DNA of 64,000 bases from Synechococcus sp. GTDB taxonomy: Bacteria; Cyanobacteriota; Cyanobacteriia; PCC-6307; Cyanobiaceae. Within the stretch, counting starts at the first letter, position 1. Each line of letters begins with the position of its first letter. A model generated the notes under the pieces. The model did no database searches and was not told the DNA's origin. It saw only the letters and a list, made by a program, of their open reading frames with translations. The stretch is taken from contig JBJBDC010000001.1 in NCBI GenBank assembly GCA_047285535.1, positions 1,056,136 to 1,120,135 of the forward strand. Reading direction: 5' to 3'. Below, piece after piece: positions 63,944-64,000 of the stretch. The translations under genes were made by a program, and so were the position numbers.

Positions 63944-64000
63944 ATGGCTGATGCTTCATCTTTTTCTGACTCCGTCTTTGATGCCGAGGTCATCGACAGC
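63944..64000 (+). CDS. trxA: Thioredoxin N-terminus (truncated by window edge)
   Basis: MADASSFSDSVFDAEVIDS resembles the thioredoxin N-terminus. The active site lies outside the window. Confidence 0.55.
   Translation, partial: MADASSFSDSVFDAEVIDS

Overview
This window looks like marine picocyanobacterial (Synechococcus-like) chromosome. Most of it is housekeeping and photosynthesis genes: psbA (D1:1 type), hli, nth, trpS, thrS, glk, thrB, ndhD, prlC, folB, proA, tamB-like, glgB, hemE, petE, petJ, clpB, queD, a group-2 sigma factor and the start of trxA. A gene-poor, AT-rich accessory stretch lies at about 4.3-9.7 kb. I saw no tRNA, rRNA, CRISPR array, transposase or prophage. Five things stand out. 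(1) A DUF4278 gene carries a glutamine-II (Downstream-peptide) riboswitch, with an NtcA palindrome over its promoter. (2) Many intergenic gaps hold decayed genes: a renalase-like remnant, DUF2605, TIGR03643 and several weaker candidates, which suggests ongoing genome erosion. (3) A Tlde1/L,D-transpeptidase-like lipoprotein sits in the AT-rich island. (4) A possible degenerate c-di-AMP riboswitch precedes a lambda-type muramidase. (5) An uncharacterised membrane serine-hydrolase cluster occupies 34-38.5 kb. All family assignments come from motif recognition by eye, not from database searches. I cannot confirm a wholly new biological system here.
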